Source: Sphingobacterium thalpophilum | GTDB taxonomy: Bacteria > Bacteroidota > Bacteroidia > Sphingobacteriales > Sphingobacteriaceae | DNA length: 32,000 nucleotides | Direction: 5' to 3' | Assembly: GCA_943371425.1 (NCBI GenBank) | Contig: CALRUR010000001.1 | Span: 44,689-76,688, forward strand | Shown here: piece after piece, positions 9,322 through 16,881 of the stretch | How positions within the stretch are numbered: position 1 is the stretch's first letter | How the letters are laid out: each line of letters begins with the position of its first letter | Notes under the pieces: generated by a model | The model's database searches: none | What the model was told of the DNA's origin: nothing | Seen by the model: only the letters and a program-made list of their open reading frames with translations | Program-made: the position numbers and the translations under genes

Positions 9322-10143
9322 TTATTTTGTGCTTTTGGTTTGTGTATCTGTATCGCGGCTTACAAACGACATTAATTGATCGCGAATTACCAATGCAGGT
9401 TTATTTTCTTTTATCAATAACATACCTTCTAAAATAATGATCTCTCTGCGTTGTGTATGTAAGGCATTAAATTTTATTTTTTTTGATAAGGGGATGAAAA
9501 ATAAGTTTGCAGAAGCCACTCCGTATAAAGTACCAATTAAACCGGTAGATATACCAGGGCCAATATTAGATGGATCGCTTAAATTATTTAACATCACAAT
9601 CATCCCCAACACCGTTCCCACCATACCAAAGGCTGGTGCGGCATTTGCCATGGCATGAAAAACATCTGATAATTGCAATGACTGTGCATAATCTTTTTCA
9701 ATACTCGTTTCGCCCATGTTTCTAATATCGTGCGATGAATAGTTAGTATTGTATAAATCGAAAAGCATTTTCACAAAAGGATCTTTTTCTGATTGCGAGA
9801 TACTATTTATAAATTCTTTTTTATCTTTTTTTAATCGCTCCGACCAGTTCACCACCATATCCACATCTTCGTTAATAGATAATGCTTTGTGTTTTGTTTG
9901 ACTAAATAATTGACCGAAATTTTTGAATGCAGCAAAAACTACATTTACCGGGTACATTACAAACATTGAGGCTAATACTCCTCCAAACACAATAAAAAAT
10001 CCGGCGAAATGAATGAACGGATTTTTTATAAAGTTAGGTAAATAATGTTCTATACGAATGGCTCCTGCTGTATCCATAATTCCGACAACCATGAAAACAC
10101 TGCATATGAGAAAGCCTATGAAGGATCCAATTGAAAATTTCAT
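9322..10143 (-). CDS. MotA-like stator A subunit (MotA/TolQ/ExbB proton-channel family, 4-TM MotA architecture)
   Basis: 273 aa. Two N-terminal TM helices, a roughly 100-aa charged cytoplasmic loop, then APAFGMVGTVLGMI and GLIGTLYGVASANLFFIPLSKKI (both conserved channel prolines present). The MotA-type C-terminal tail reads IILEGMLLIKENKPALVIRDQL. Confidence 0.9.
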   Translation of the reverse strand: MKFSIGSFIGFLICSVFMVVGIMDTAGAIRIEHYLPNFIKNPFIHFAGFFIVFGGVLASMFVMYPVNVVFAAFKNFGQLFSQTKHKALSINEDVDMVVNWSERLKKDKKEFINSISQSEKDPFVKMLFDLYNTNYSSHDIRNMGETSIEKDYAQSLQLSDVFHAMANAAPAFGMVGTVLGMIVMLNNLSDPSNIGPGISTGLIGTLYGVASANLFFIPLSKKIKFNALHTQRREIIILEGMLLIKENKPALVIRDQLMSFVSRDTDTQTKSTK

Positions 10144-10144
10144 A

Positions 10145-10708
10145 TTATTTTTTTGAAGTAATATCTTTTAATTCTTTTGCTGAGGGCACTCTAATTTCTG
10201 GGTCGAGTTTAGCAGCTTGTATCCATAATGCTTTCGCTTTTTCCTCATCACCCATCACATACAAAATGCTTCCTTTTAATGAAAGTGCTTCTGCCGTTTC
10301 AATTATTTTGAGTGATTCTTCCACATAATCTAATGCCGAACTGTAATCATCAACATATAAAAACTCTTGCGCTCTACGGTAATTTTTGAGCGCAACATTA
10401 ATAGCATCTTGAGCTTCTTTACTTACATTTAAAGTACCATCAATTAAATCTTTTTTAGATTTCGGATCGGTATTCATAGACAATACAAACTCTTCATTGC
10501 CTTTACCAACTGCATATTCTATTGAGGATGCATTGTTTTTATATTTTACATTCACAGGGTCTTTTAGAGAATACGCTCTTCTGGCGTTTTCTGCAATTCG
10601 TTGCTGCTCTGCCAAATCTTGTACGGTATATCGAGTATCGCAGGCTTGTACAGCAAACACACATAAAAGCAATAATATACTACGGCCTATAGATGAAACT
10701 AATCCCAT
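10145..10708 (-). CDS. Lipoprotein with C-terminal TPR-like repeats
   Basis: The track ORF runs to 10735. The internal Met (10708) gives MGLVSSIGRSILLLLCVFAVQAC, a lipobox-like signal with Cys. TPR-like helices follow: AQEFLYVDDYSSALDYVEESLKI..ALSLKGSILYVMGDEEKAKALWIQAAKLDPE. The stop lies 1 nt before the motA-like start. Confidence 0.7.
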   Translation of the reverse strand: MGLVSSIGRSILLLLCVFAVQACDTRYTVQDLAEQQRIAENARRAYSLKDPVNVKYKNNASSIEYAVGKGNEEFVLSMNTDPKSKKDLIDGTLNVSKEAQDAINVALKNYRRAQEFLYVDDYSSALDYVEESLKIIETAEALSLKGSILYVMGDEEKAKALWIQAAKLDPEIRVPSAKELKDITSKK

Positions 10709-11747
10709 ATCCAAATTGTTGTAATTGTAAAACACTGTTTTCTTTTGTAAACTGATTAATCAACATAAAATACCTAAAGTCTACTTCTAAACTTAAGTTT
10801 TGTGATGCATTAAATATTATACCTTGACGAGCGTATGGTGTAATTGAATTTGCTATGTACACATTCATAGATTGGAAAGCTTCTAACCAATATTTTCGGG
10901 GCTGATCGTTTTTCTTTAAAAAAGCAATGGTATAAAACAAGCCTCCATGTGGCAGTACACTGGTAAACTTTGCAATGCCCGTATCTGTTCCTGATGTTAA
11001 CAAATTTAAGAAAGACATACCTGCATTTATTCCATAAAAACCAGATTGATTTTTATTCATTGATTGACGCCAATTAACAGATAAATCTGCACAAGTTGCC
11101 GTAAATTTTTTCCCATTAGATATATCGATATTATCTATTAAATAAGATTGTGTATTATAAAAAGCAACCCCTGCTGTAGCAGAGAATTGAGCTTTACGTG
11201 GGTTGTATAATTGAGGATTTGAATTAATAATAGTACTGTAAATTAATTCTTTTGATCGAGATTTTACTAATTGTAAATTAACTTGATAACCTGTAATATG
11301 ATCATACGTTAATTGCACATACATTAATGCTTGTAAAGAATACTTATCAATTACAGCATCCATCTTTTCTTCATCAAGTATTAATCTTTCAAGAGTGTTC
11401 TGTCTGGTAATTGTTAAGTTAGAATCTGTACCGTTTACAATGGTTAATGGTTTTTGTTTAAACTCTGGTGCTGCTACTATGGTAAAACCACTTACTGCAA
11501 ACACCCCTTCAATTCTGCTTTTAATTTGAATCGCTTCTGTTTCGTTAATAATATAATCTGGATAATCAAAAGATACCAATGCAACTCGTTTGTACAACAA
11601 ATCATTTAAACGAACTTTGTCGGCAATTTCATCCATCAACTCAACTAACTCTAGTTGCTTACGGATGATAGGATTATTTTTATCTACTTGTGCTTTTAGA
11701 TTTAATACTCCAATGGTTAATATAATAAACAATACTATCTTTTTCAT
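10680..11747 (-). CDS. Secreted protein: periplasmic alpha/beta domain followed by a probable outer-membrane beta-barrel
   Basis: 355 aa. Signal peptide MKKIVLFIILTIGVLNLKAQ. The N-terminal segment RVALVSFDYPDYIINETEAIQIKSRIEGVFAVSGFTIVAAPEF resembles the TolB-N/CsgG/FlgO-type motif. The C-terminal half has alternating hydrophobic strands and an aromatic-rich end (GYGISFIYRP), as in OM barrels. The function is inference only. Confidence 0.55.
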   Translation of the reverse strand: MKKIVLFIILTIGVLNLKAQVDKNNPIIRKQLELVELMDEIADKVRLNDLLYKRVALVSFDYPDYIINETEAIQIKSRIEGVFAVSGFTIVAAPEFKQKPLTIVNGTDSNLTITRQNTLERLILDEEKMDAVIDKYSLQALMYVQLTYDHITGYQVNLQLVKSRSKELIYSTIINSNPQLYNPRKAQFSATAGVAFYNTQSYLIDNIDISNGKKFTATCADLSVNWRQSMNKNQSGFYGINAGMSFLNLLTSGTDTGIAKFTSVLPHGGLFYTIAFLKKNDQPRKYWLEAFQSMNVYIANSITPYARQGIIFNASQNLSLEVDFRYFMLINQFTKENSVLQLQQFGYGISFIYRP

Positions 11748-13597
11748 TAAGCAACAAGTTTTAAAGTTCTACGAATAGAATCGATGATAATTTTACGTGA
11801 ATGATCTCTTTCATCAGGGCTTACCGGATTTCCGCTTTCGAGTTCAGATTTAATAAGCGACTGCTCACGTGGTGCGCGTTGTGATATTACTTTGTTTTGT
11901 ACATGTGTGCTTAAGCCTGTTAATGCTTGCACAAGTGTATTGGTATCTATGTCTCTCAATGCCGTTTCTAACTGAAGATCCGTTAGGTACACCACATTTT
12001 TAAACCCTACAAACTGTTGTTTAATATTATTTGCTAACTCTAAATCTTGTGATGCTATAGAACTAATTAATTGATCTTGATCTTCGTCTTGCATTTGATC
12101 TAAAATGTCTAAAATAGATTGTAATCCGTCAAAGGCTACATTCTTCATACCCTTCACATCTATTGCTTTCTTAGAGAAATACGTTGCCACCTCTCTATAG
12201 ATAGAAGATGAAATGAAATCAATTTTACTCATCTTCATTAATATAGAGGAGCGTCTGTTTATTTCTATCATTCCCAAAACATTCTTGGTTCTCTTGCTCT
12301 CTAATTGGGCTAAAAGTATCGCCGATAAATTATCGTCCTCTTCTTTTAACATATGTATAATTTGCGAATCAGTAATTTGATTTAAGAACTCAAATAAATC
12401 TTCATTCCTATCTGGCTCCGCGTTTAAGGATAATAGCTCTTTACTAAAATCTCTTGCTTCTTGATATTTATCGTTATGAGATTTTAATTGATGATTAGAT
12501 ACTGCTTGATTTAATTCGCTGTATGCATTTTCTGCCATAAACGGACGTAAAAAATTCAACAGCTTTGGGTTCACTGCACTCAGTGCATTGGCTGCTCTTG
12601 CTCTTCCTTCTTCTGGGTTGGTAAGCATCCAAGCCTCTATCATTCCGGCAACTTCTTTAGGGTTACTAATTACACTTGTAATAACATGTTGGCGATTAAA
12701 TTCGTAATTAATAATGTCTTCTGTTTGGTAAGAGGATGCTCCATCTGGACCATTCCCGTTAGGATATATAACACTTAGCTCTTGGCCATTTGCATTTTGT
12801 CCGTTCAATAATTTTGGGTCTTCTTCTTTATTTTTCTTCTCTGGATCTTTGCTTTTGCGATATAATAAATACGTAACAAAAACTATTATAATTAAACATA
12901 GAATTAGTAATACTACAAATACATATAACAAAGTATTATCGGTTTCTGCCTTTAATGGCTCTGGCTTTTCATCTCTTTGAATGGGCTCCTGTGGCCTTTG
13001 CTCTGGCAAATAATTGGGTTGTTGCACTGGGCGTGTATTTGCACCAGCTCCTCCTGCAAATAAATCTTCTTTATCTTTCGGGAATACCGATCGCTTAATT
13101 TTTACTACATCACCCTTTGTTTCGTCAATTGGAATAATAGAACGAACTAATGAATTTATAAAATCGATGTCGGTATTTGCATAGGTAGTATCTACAATTA
13201 TGCTGATGTATAAATAGTCAACTTCTTCTATGCTGTAGGTATAATTTTTAGAGGTATCTGTTTCTGTATCTTGGTAACCTTTTGGTAATACTGGCATGCC
13301 CGGTAAACGTTGCAAGGTTTTTTTCTTTCTAGTTGCAGCAACTGGTTTTATTACCTCCACATTTCCTTTCAACATGTTTATGTCTACCAAAAAAGTACTT
13401 GGCGAAAAGAATTTAGTTAACTCTTGCCTAATTACAATTTCAAAATTGTTGGCTTCGTTTAAAGGTTCGGCTCCTTGTCCGCTTTTGGGTTGGTATAAAA
13501 ACGACTGCGCTTTACTCGTATATTCAATTGTGTTGAATAACAAGAGCAATAGCAAAAACAGAAACTTATACATTGGGTTAGTTTTTATGCTCAGCAT
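11747..13597 (-). CDS. Membrane-anchored FliF/YscJ-like (periplasmic ring-building motif) + FliG-like (cytoplasmic N/M/C domains) fusion protein
   Basis: 616 aa. Signal peptide (M)YKFLFLLLLLLFNTIEYTSKAQ, with an alternative ATG at 13573. Periplasmic residues ~52-172 have an alpha-beta-beta-alpha-beta pattern (EIVIRQELTKFF / FLVDINM / YLYISIIVD / DIDFINSLVRSII / VVKIKRS). A P/Q-rich linker is followed by a TM helix at residues 223-246 (LLYVFVVLLILCLIIIVFVTYLLY, then RKSKDPEKKNK, positive-inside). Cytoplasmic residues ~305-613 carry FliG-like motifs: ITDSQIIHMLKEEDDNLSAILLAQLESKRTKNVLGMI, DQLISSIASQDLELANNIKQQFVGFKNVVYLTDLQLETALRDIDTNTLVQALTGLS, and ISQRAPREQSLIKSELESGNPVSPDE. The CDS itself is near certain. 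The domain assignment rests on motifs only. Confidence 0.6.
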   Translation of the reverse strand: MLSIKTNPMYKFLFLLLLLLFNTIEYTSKAQSFLYQPKSGQGAEPLNEANNFEIVIRQELTKFFSPSTFLVDINMLKGNVEVIKPVAATRKKKTLQRLPGMPVLPKGYQDTETDTSKNYTYSIEEVDYLYISIIVDTTYANTDIDFINSLVRSIIPIDETKGDVVKIKRSVFPKDKEDLFAGGAGANTRPVQQPNYLPEQRPQEPIQRDEKPEPLKAETDNTLLYVFVVLLILCLIIIVFVTYLLYRKSKDPEKKNKEEDPKLLNGQNANGQELSVIYPNGNGPDGASSYQTEDIINYEFNRQHVITSVISNPKEVAGMIEAWMLTNPEEGRARAANALSAVNPKLLNFLRPFMAENAYSELNQAVSNHQLKSHNDKYQEARDFSKELLSLNAEPDRNEDLFEFLNQITDSQIIHMLKEEDDNLSAILLAQLESKRTKNVLGMIEINRRSSILMKMSKIDFISSSIYREVATYFSKKAIDVKGMKNVAFDGLQSILDILDQMQDEDQDQLISSIASQDLELANNIKQQFVGFKNVVYLTDLQLETALRDIDTNTLVQALTGLSTHVQNKVISQRAPREQSLIKSELESGNPVSPDERDHSRKIIIDSIRRTLKLVA

Positions 13598-13849
13598 AAG
13601 TAAGAATTGGGTTTATGACTATAGTCGTTTTCTAAAAATATGTATATTTTAATAAAAAACAAACATTAATAATTGCTAGATAGCACAAATAATACCAAAA
13701 TACTTCCTAATTATAATATTATCAGCCTCTATATTCAACAAAAACCAATTAAAATATTGCTTTTCAGGTAAATACACATACATTTTAATTGAGAAAAAAA
13801 TGTAACATCTATTTATTCGGGCAAAATTTGGTAGATTTTATTCCAAAAA

Positions 13850-14254
13850 TTATTCATTTCCTTCCCAAGATGATTGCATATCGTCTATCTCACGTCGATC
13901 TTTTTTGGTAGGCCTACCTGTTCCTCTATCGCGTTTTAATACGGGTACCGTAAACACCGAAAACAAACGTGGGGTATCGTTTACAGGGCTTAAATCTTCG
14001 TAATATTTTTGTGCAGTGGGAGCATCCACCCTTTTATCTAAAATATCAATAACCTTTACAATTTTCTTTTGCTGATCTTTTTGTATGTGGATTATATCGC
14101 CCTGTTTTACTACATAAGAGGCTTTAATACTCTGGCTTTCTAGCTTTACTCTCCCAGCTTTGCAGGCATCACTTGCCAATGACCTGGTTTTAAAAATGCG
14201 TATTGCCCATAAATATTTATCTATTCGCGTTTTATCCTTGTTCTCGTCGGCCAT
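13850..14254 (-). CDS. S4-domain RNA-binding protein (Hsp15/HslR-like)
   Basis: 134 aa. The S4 motif RIDKYLWAIRIFKTRSLASDACKAGRVKLESQSIKASYVVKQGDII is followed by a basic C-terminal tail. Confidence 0.85.
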   Translation of the reverse strand: MADENKDKTRIDKYLWAIRIFKTRSLASDACKAGRVKLESQSIKASYVVKQGDIIHIQKDQQKKIVKVIDILDKRVDAPTAQKYYEDLSPVNDTPRLFSVFTVPVLKRDRGTGRPTKKDRREIDDMQSSWEGNE

Positions 14255-14325
14255 AACACAATATTTAATAATTAATGTTGATAGATTTATAATAGATTTC
14301 GTAAAATCGTATAAATTTACAGCAT

Positions 14326-15144
14326 ATGATTAATAAAGATAAAGAATTAATAGAAAAAGCTTGGGAAGACAGAAATATGCTGACTTACCCAGATGTGATA
14401 CAAGCAATTGAGTTTGTAATAGAAAAACTTGATAAGGGCGAATTAAGAGTTGCAGAGCCAGTAATGAACAGGTGGCACGTAAACGAATGGGTAAAGAAAG
14501 CAGTGTTATTATATTTTCCCATATCGGTAATGCAAGAAATAAAAGTTGGGCCTTTTGTTTTTCATGATAAAATGAAATTAAAAACCAATTACAAAGCAGC
14601 TGGAGTAAGAGTGGTACCACATGCTGTTGCAAGATACGGTGCGTTTTTAGCAAAAGGAGTTATTATGATGCCATCATACGTAAACATTGGTGCGTATGTT
14701 GACGAAGGAACCATGGTAGACACTTGGGCAACCGTTGGTTCTTGTGCTCAAATTGGTAAGAATGTACATTTAAGTGGTGGTGTTGGTATTGGCGGAGTAT
14801 TAGAACCTTTACAAGCGGCTCCAGTAGTAATTGAAGATGGTTGTTTTGTAGGTTCTCGTTGTATTGTAGTTGAAGGTGTACGTGTAGAAAAGGAAGCTGT
14901 ACTTGGTGCAAATGTTGTATTAACAGCATCTACCAAAATAATAGATGTAACAGGCGAAGAACCTGTAGAATATAAAGGTGTAGTACCATCGCGCTCGGTA
15001 GTAATACCAGGTTCTTACACTAAAAAGTTCCCAGCCGGAGAATTTCAAGTACCTTGCGCATTAATAATCGGTAAAAGAAAAGAATCTACCGATTTAAAAA
15101 CCTCTCTTAATGAAACGTTGAGAGAATATAATGTGGCAGTTTAA
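14326..15144 (+). CDS. dapD: 2,3,4,5-tetrahydropyridine-2,6-dicarboxylate N-succinyltransferase
   Basis: 272 aa. It has a left-handed beta-helix hexapeptide run (GAYVDEGTMVDTWATVGSCAQIGKNVHLSGGVGIGGVLEPLQAAPVVIEDGCFVGSRCIVVEGVRV) and the DapD-type N-terminal domain. Confidence 0.92.
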   Translation: MINKDKELIEKAWEDRNMLTYPDVIQAIEFVIEKLDKGELRVAEPVMNRWHVNEWVKKAVLLYFPISVMQEIKVGPFVFHDKMKLKTNYKAAGVRVVPHAVARYGAFLAKGVIMMPSYVNIGAYVDEGTMVDTWATVGSCAQIGKNVHLSGGVGIGGVLEPLQAAPVVIEDGCFVGSRCIVVEGVRVEKEAVLGANVVLTASTKIIDVTGEEPVEYKGVVPSRSVVIPGSYTKKFPAGEFQVPCALIIGKRKESTDLKTSLNETLREYNVAV

Positions 15145-15147
15145 ATA

Positions 15148-15227
15148 AATTATGAATTATGAATTATAAATTATGAATGGGGCAACCAAGAACATAATTC
15201 ATAATTCATAATTCATAATTCATAATT
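15148..15227. terminator. Heptamer-built hairpin: (AATTATG)n arm, 13-nt loop, (CATAATT)5 arm, between dapD and the GT gene
   Basis: The left arm aattatgaattatgaattataaattatgaatg (15148-15179) is complementary to 5 tandem cataatt units (15193-15227) with 1 mismatch. A T-rich run follows. Confidence 0.7.
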
Positions 15228-15236
15228 ATTTTATAA

Positions 15237-16379
15237 ATGAAAATCGGTTTCGATGCAAAGCGTGCATTTACAAATTTTACAGGACTGGGTAATTACAGCA
15301 GGTCTACTGTAAAAATATTAGCCGATTTTTTTTCAACGAACTCTTATTACTTATATAATCCTAGGGTACCAGATGAGCATCAAATAAAATTTTTAGATCT
15401 ACCTCATCATTCAGAAGTACATATTAAAATTCCGAAATCATTTTTTTATGAACTATTTCCTTCGCTTTGGCGAAGAATAGGTATTACCAAAGATTTAGTT
15501 AAGGATAAACTAGATATTTTTCATGGATTAAGTCATGAGTTACCACTTGGCATTGAGAAAACAACTATACCAAGTGTAGTAACCATACACGACCTTATTT
15601 TCTTACGCTTTCCGCAGTATTACAAAGCTACAGATCGTAAAATATATGCAAGCAAATTTAAACATGCTTGCGAAGTGGCCGATTTAATTATTGCCATTTC
15701 AGAACAAACCAAAAAAGACATCATCCATTTTTTTAATATTGATGAAAAAAAAATACGTGTAGTTTACCAATCGTGTGCAAGTATTTTTCATCAACAAGTT
15801 AATGATATGATGTTGATGACAGTGAGAGTTAAATATCAGTTACCAGAACGTTTTTTATTAAATGTGGGCACTATAGAAAAACGTAAAAATGCAATGCTTA
15901 TAATTAAAGCATTAAAAAACACTAACGAAAATATTCCACTGGTAATTATTGGCCGAGAAACCTCTTATGTTGATGAGCTGAAAGAGTATCTTAAAATACA
16001 TCATTTAGAACATAGAGTAATTTTTTTACATAAAATCACCTTTGATGAGCTTCCTATTATTTACAATTTGGCTACCATGTTTATTTACCCATCGAGGTTT
16101 GAGGGATTTGGGATACCTATTATAGAAGCATTACAATGTGGCACGCCGGTAATTGCCGCTAGAGGATCTTGTTTAGAAGAAGCAGGCGGACATGCGTGTA
16201 TATACGTAGACCCCGACGATGATGTAGCCATGAGCAATGCTATAAATTTATTATTAAAAGAGCAAAAAGATGGAGCTCGAATGGTGGAAGGGAAAAAATA
16301 TGTAGAGAAATTTCATCAAGAAAAAATAGCAAACGATTTGATGAAGGTTTATGAAGAATTAAATGCATTGAAAAAATAA
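15237..16379 (+). CDS. Glycosyltransferase, GT4 (GT-B fold, family 1 Pfam) type
   Basis: 380 aa. The C-terminal motif YPSRFEGFGIPIIEALQCGTPVIAARGSCLEEAGG is the EX7E-type GT4 signature. Confidence 0.9.
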   Translation: MKIGFDAKRAFTNFTGLGNYSRSTVKILADFFSTNSYYLYNPRVPDEHQIKFLDLPHHSEVHIKIPKSFFYELFPSLWRRIGITKDLVKDKLDIFHGLSHELPLGIEKTTIPSVVTIHDLIFLRFPQYYKATDRKIYASKFKHACEVADLIIAISEQTKKDIIHFFNIDEKKIRVVYQSCASIFHQQVNDMMLMTVRVKYQLPERFLLNVGTIEKRKNAMLIIKALKNTNENIPLVIIGRETSYVDELKEYLKIHHLEHRVIFLHKITFDELPIIYNLATMFIYPSRFEGFGIPIIEALQCGTPVIAARGSCLEEAGGHACIYVDPDDDVAMSNAINLLLKEQKDGARMVEGKKYVEKFHQEKIANDLMKVYEELNALKK

Positions 16380-16879
16380 TGGACATCCAACACGTTTCAG
16401 AATTATTAAAAAACAAAAACTACATTGGTATAGATGTAGAGAATCGGTTTTACATTTTGTTCGACGCAAAAAATGAAACGCTCATAAAAAAATACGAATC
16501 GTACAAAAAAGCATTTGAATTAGTTCTAGAATCGAGCAACCGTTTAGAAAGTTACGTGCAAGAACTAAATCCACTTGCGTATGATATTGTTGAGTTTTCT
16601 GAAAAGCCTATTATATTAATGCTTCCAGGCGCTAAAAACATTGCTGAACTTGCCATGCAAGAACATCAAGCTATAAATATAAGAGTAGTTAGAGAAGGCA
16701 GCTTACAACAAATAATACGCAAATACAGGTTACCATTACTACTGTGTTTATTGAACGATGAAGAGCGCGCAGAGGTAGATACCGAATCAATAATAACCTT
16801 ACAAATGCAAGATGCTTTTATGGATGCGAGTATAATAAAATTAGAAGCAAACGGCCGAGTAGAAATTATAAAAAAGTAA
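16379..16879 (+). CDS. Divergent YrdC/Sua5-fold protein with degenerate catalytic motifs
   Basis: 166 aa. The start overlaps the GT stop (TAATG at 16377-16381). Its layout resembles YrdC-family proteins: ..PLAYDIVEFSEKPIILMLPGAKNIAELAMQEHQAINIRVVREGSLQQIIRKY.., ending IIKLEANGRVEIIKK. The usual K-x-R and S-T-S-A-N positions instead read YKKAF and CLLND. The comparison is from memory of the family consensus. Confidence 0.5.
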   Translation: MDIQHVSELLKNKNYIGIDVENRFYILFDAKNETLIKKYESYKKAFELVLESSNRLESYVQELNPLAYDIVEFSEKPIILMLPGAKNIAELAMQEHQAINIRVVREGSLQQIIRKYRLPLLLCLLNDEERAEVDTESIITLQMQDAFMDASIIKLEANGRVEIIKK

Positions 16880-16881
16880 AG

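Noticed and set aside
8630-10143. MotA/MotB pair interpreted as part of a conventional flagellar locus, as ExbBD/TolQR, or as a Zorya (ZorAB) defence module
   Set aside because: A flagellar locus is unlikely because no other fli/flg/flh genes are in the window and the context is T9SS-type Bacteroidota. ExbBD/TolQR is unlikely because the A subunit has the 4-TM MotA layout with a large cytoplasmic loop and the B subunit has an OmpA-like PG-binding domain, which ExbD/TolR lack. Zorya is unlikely because ZorA proteins are much larger with a long C-terminal tail and are accompanied by ZorC/D or ZorE-type genes, none of which is present.
15148-15227. Tandem short repeats considered as possible CRISPR arrays (here and at 19021, 21613, 22264 and 28107)
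   Set aside because: The repeat units are 6-8 nt and directly abutting, with no 25-40 nt unique spacers. No cas genes are present. The arrays form simple inverted-repeat hairpins.
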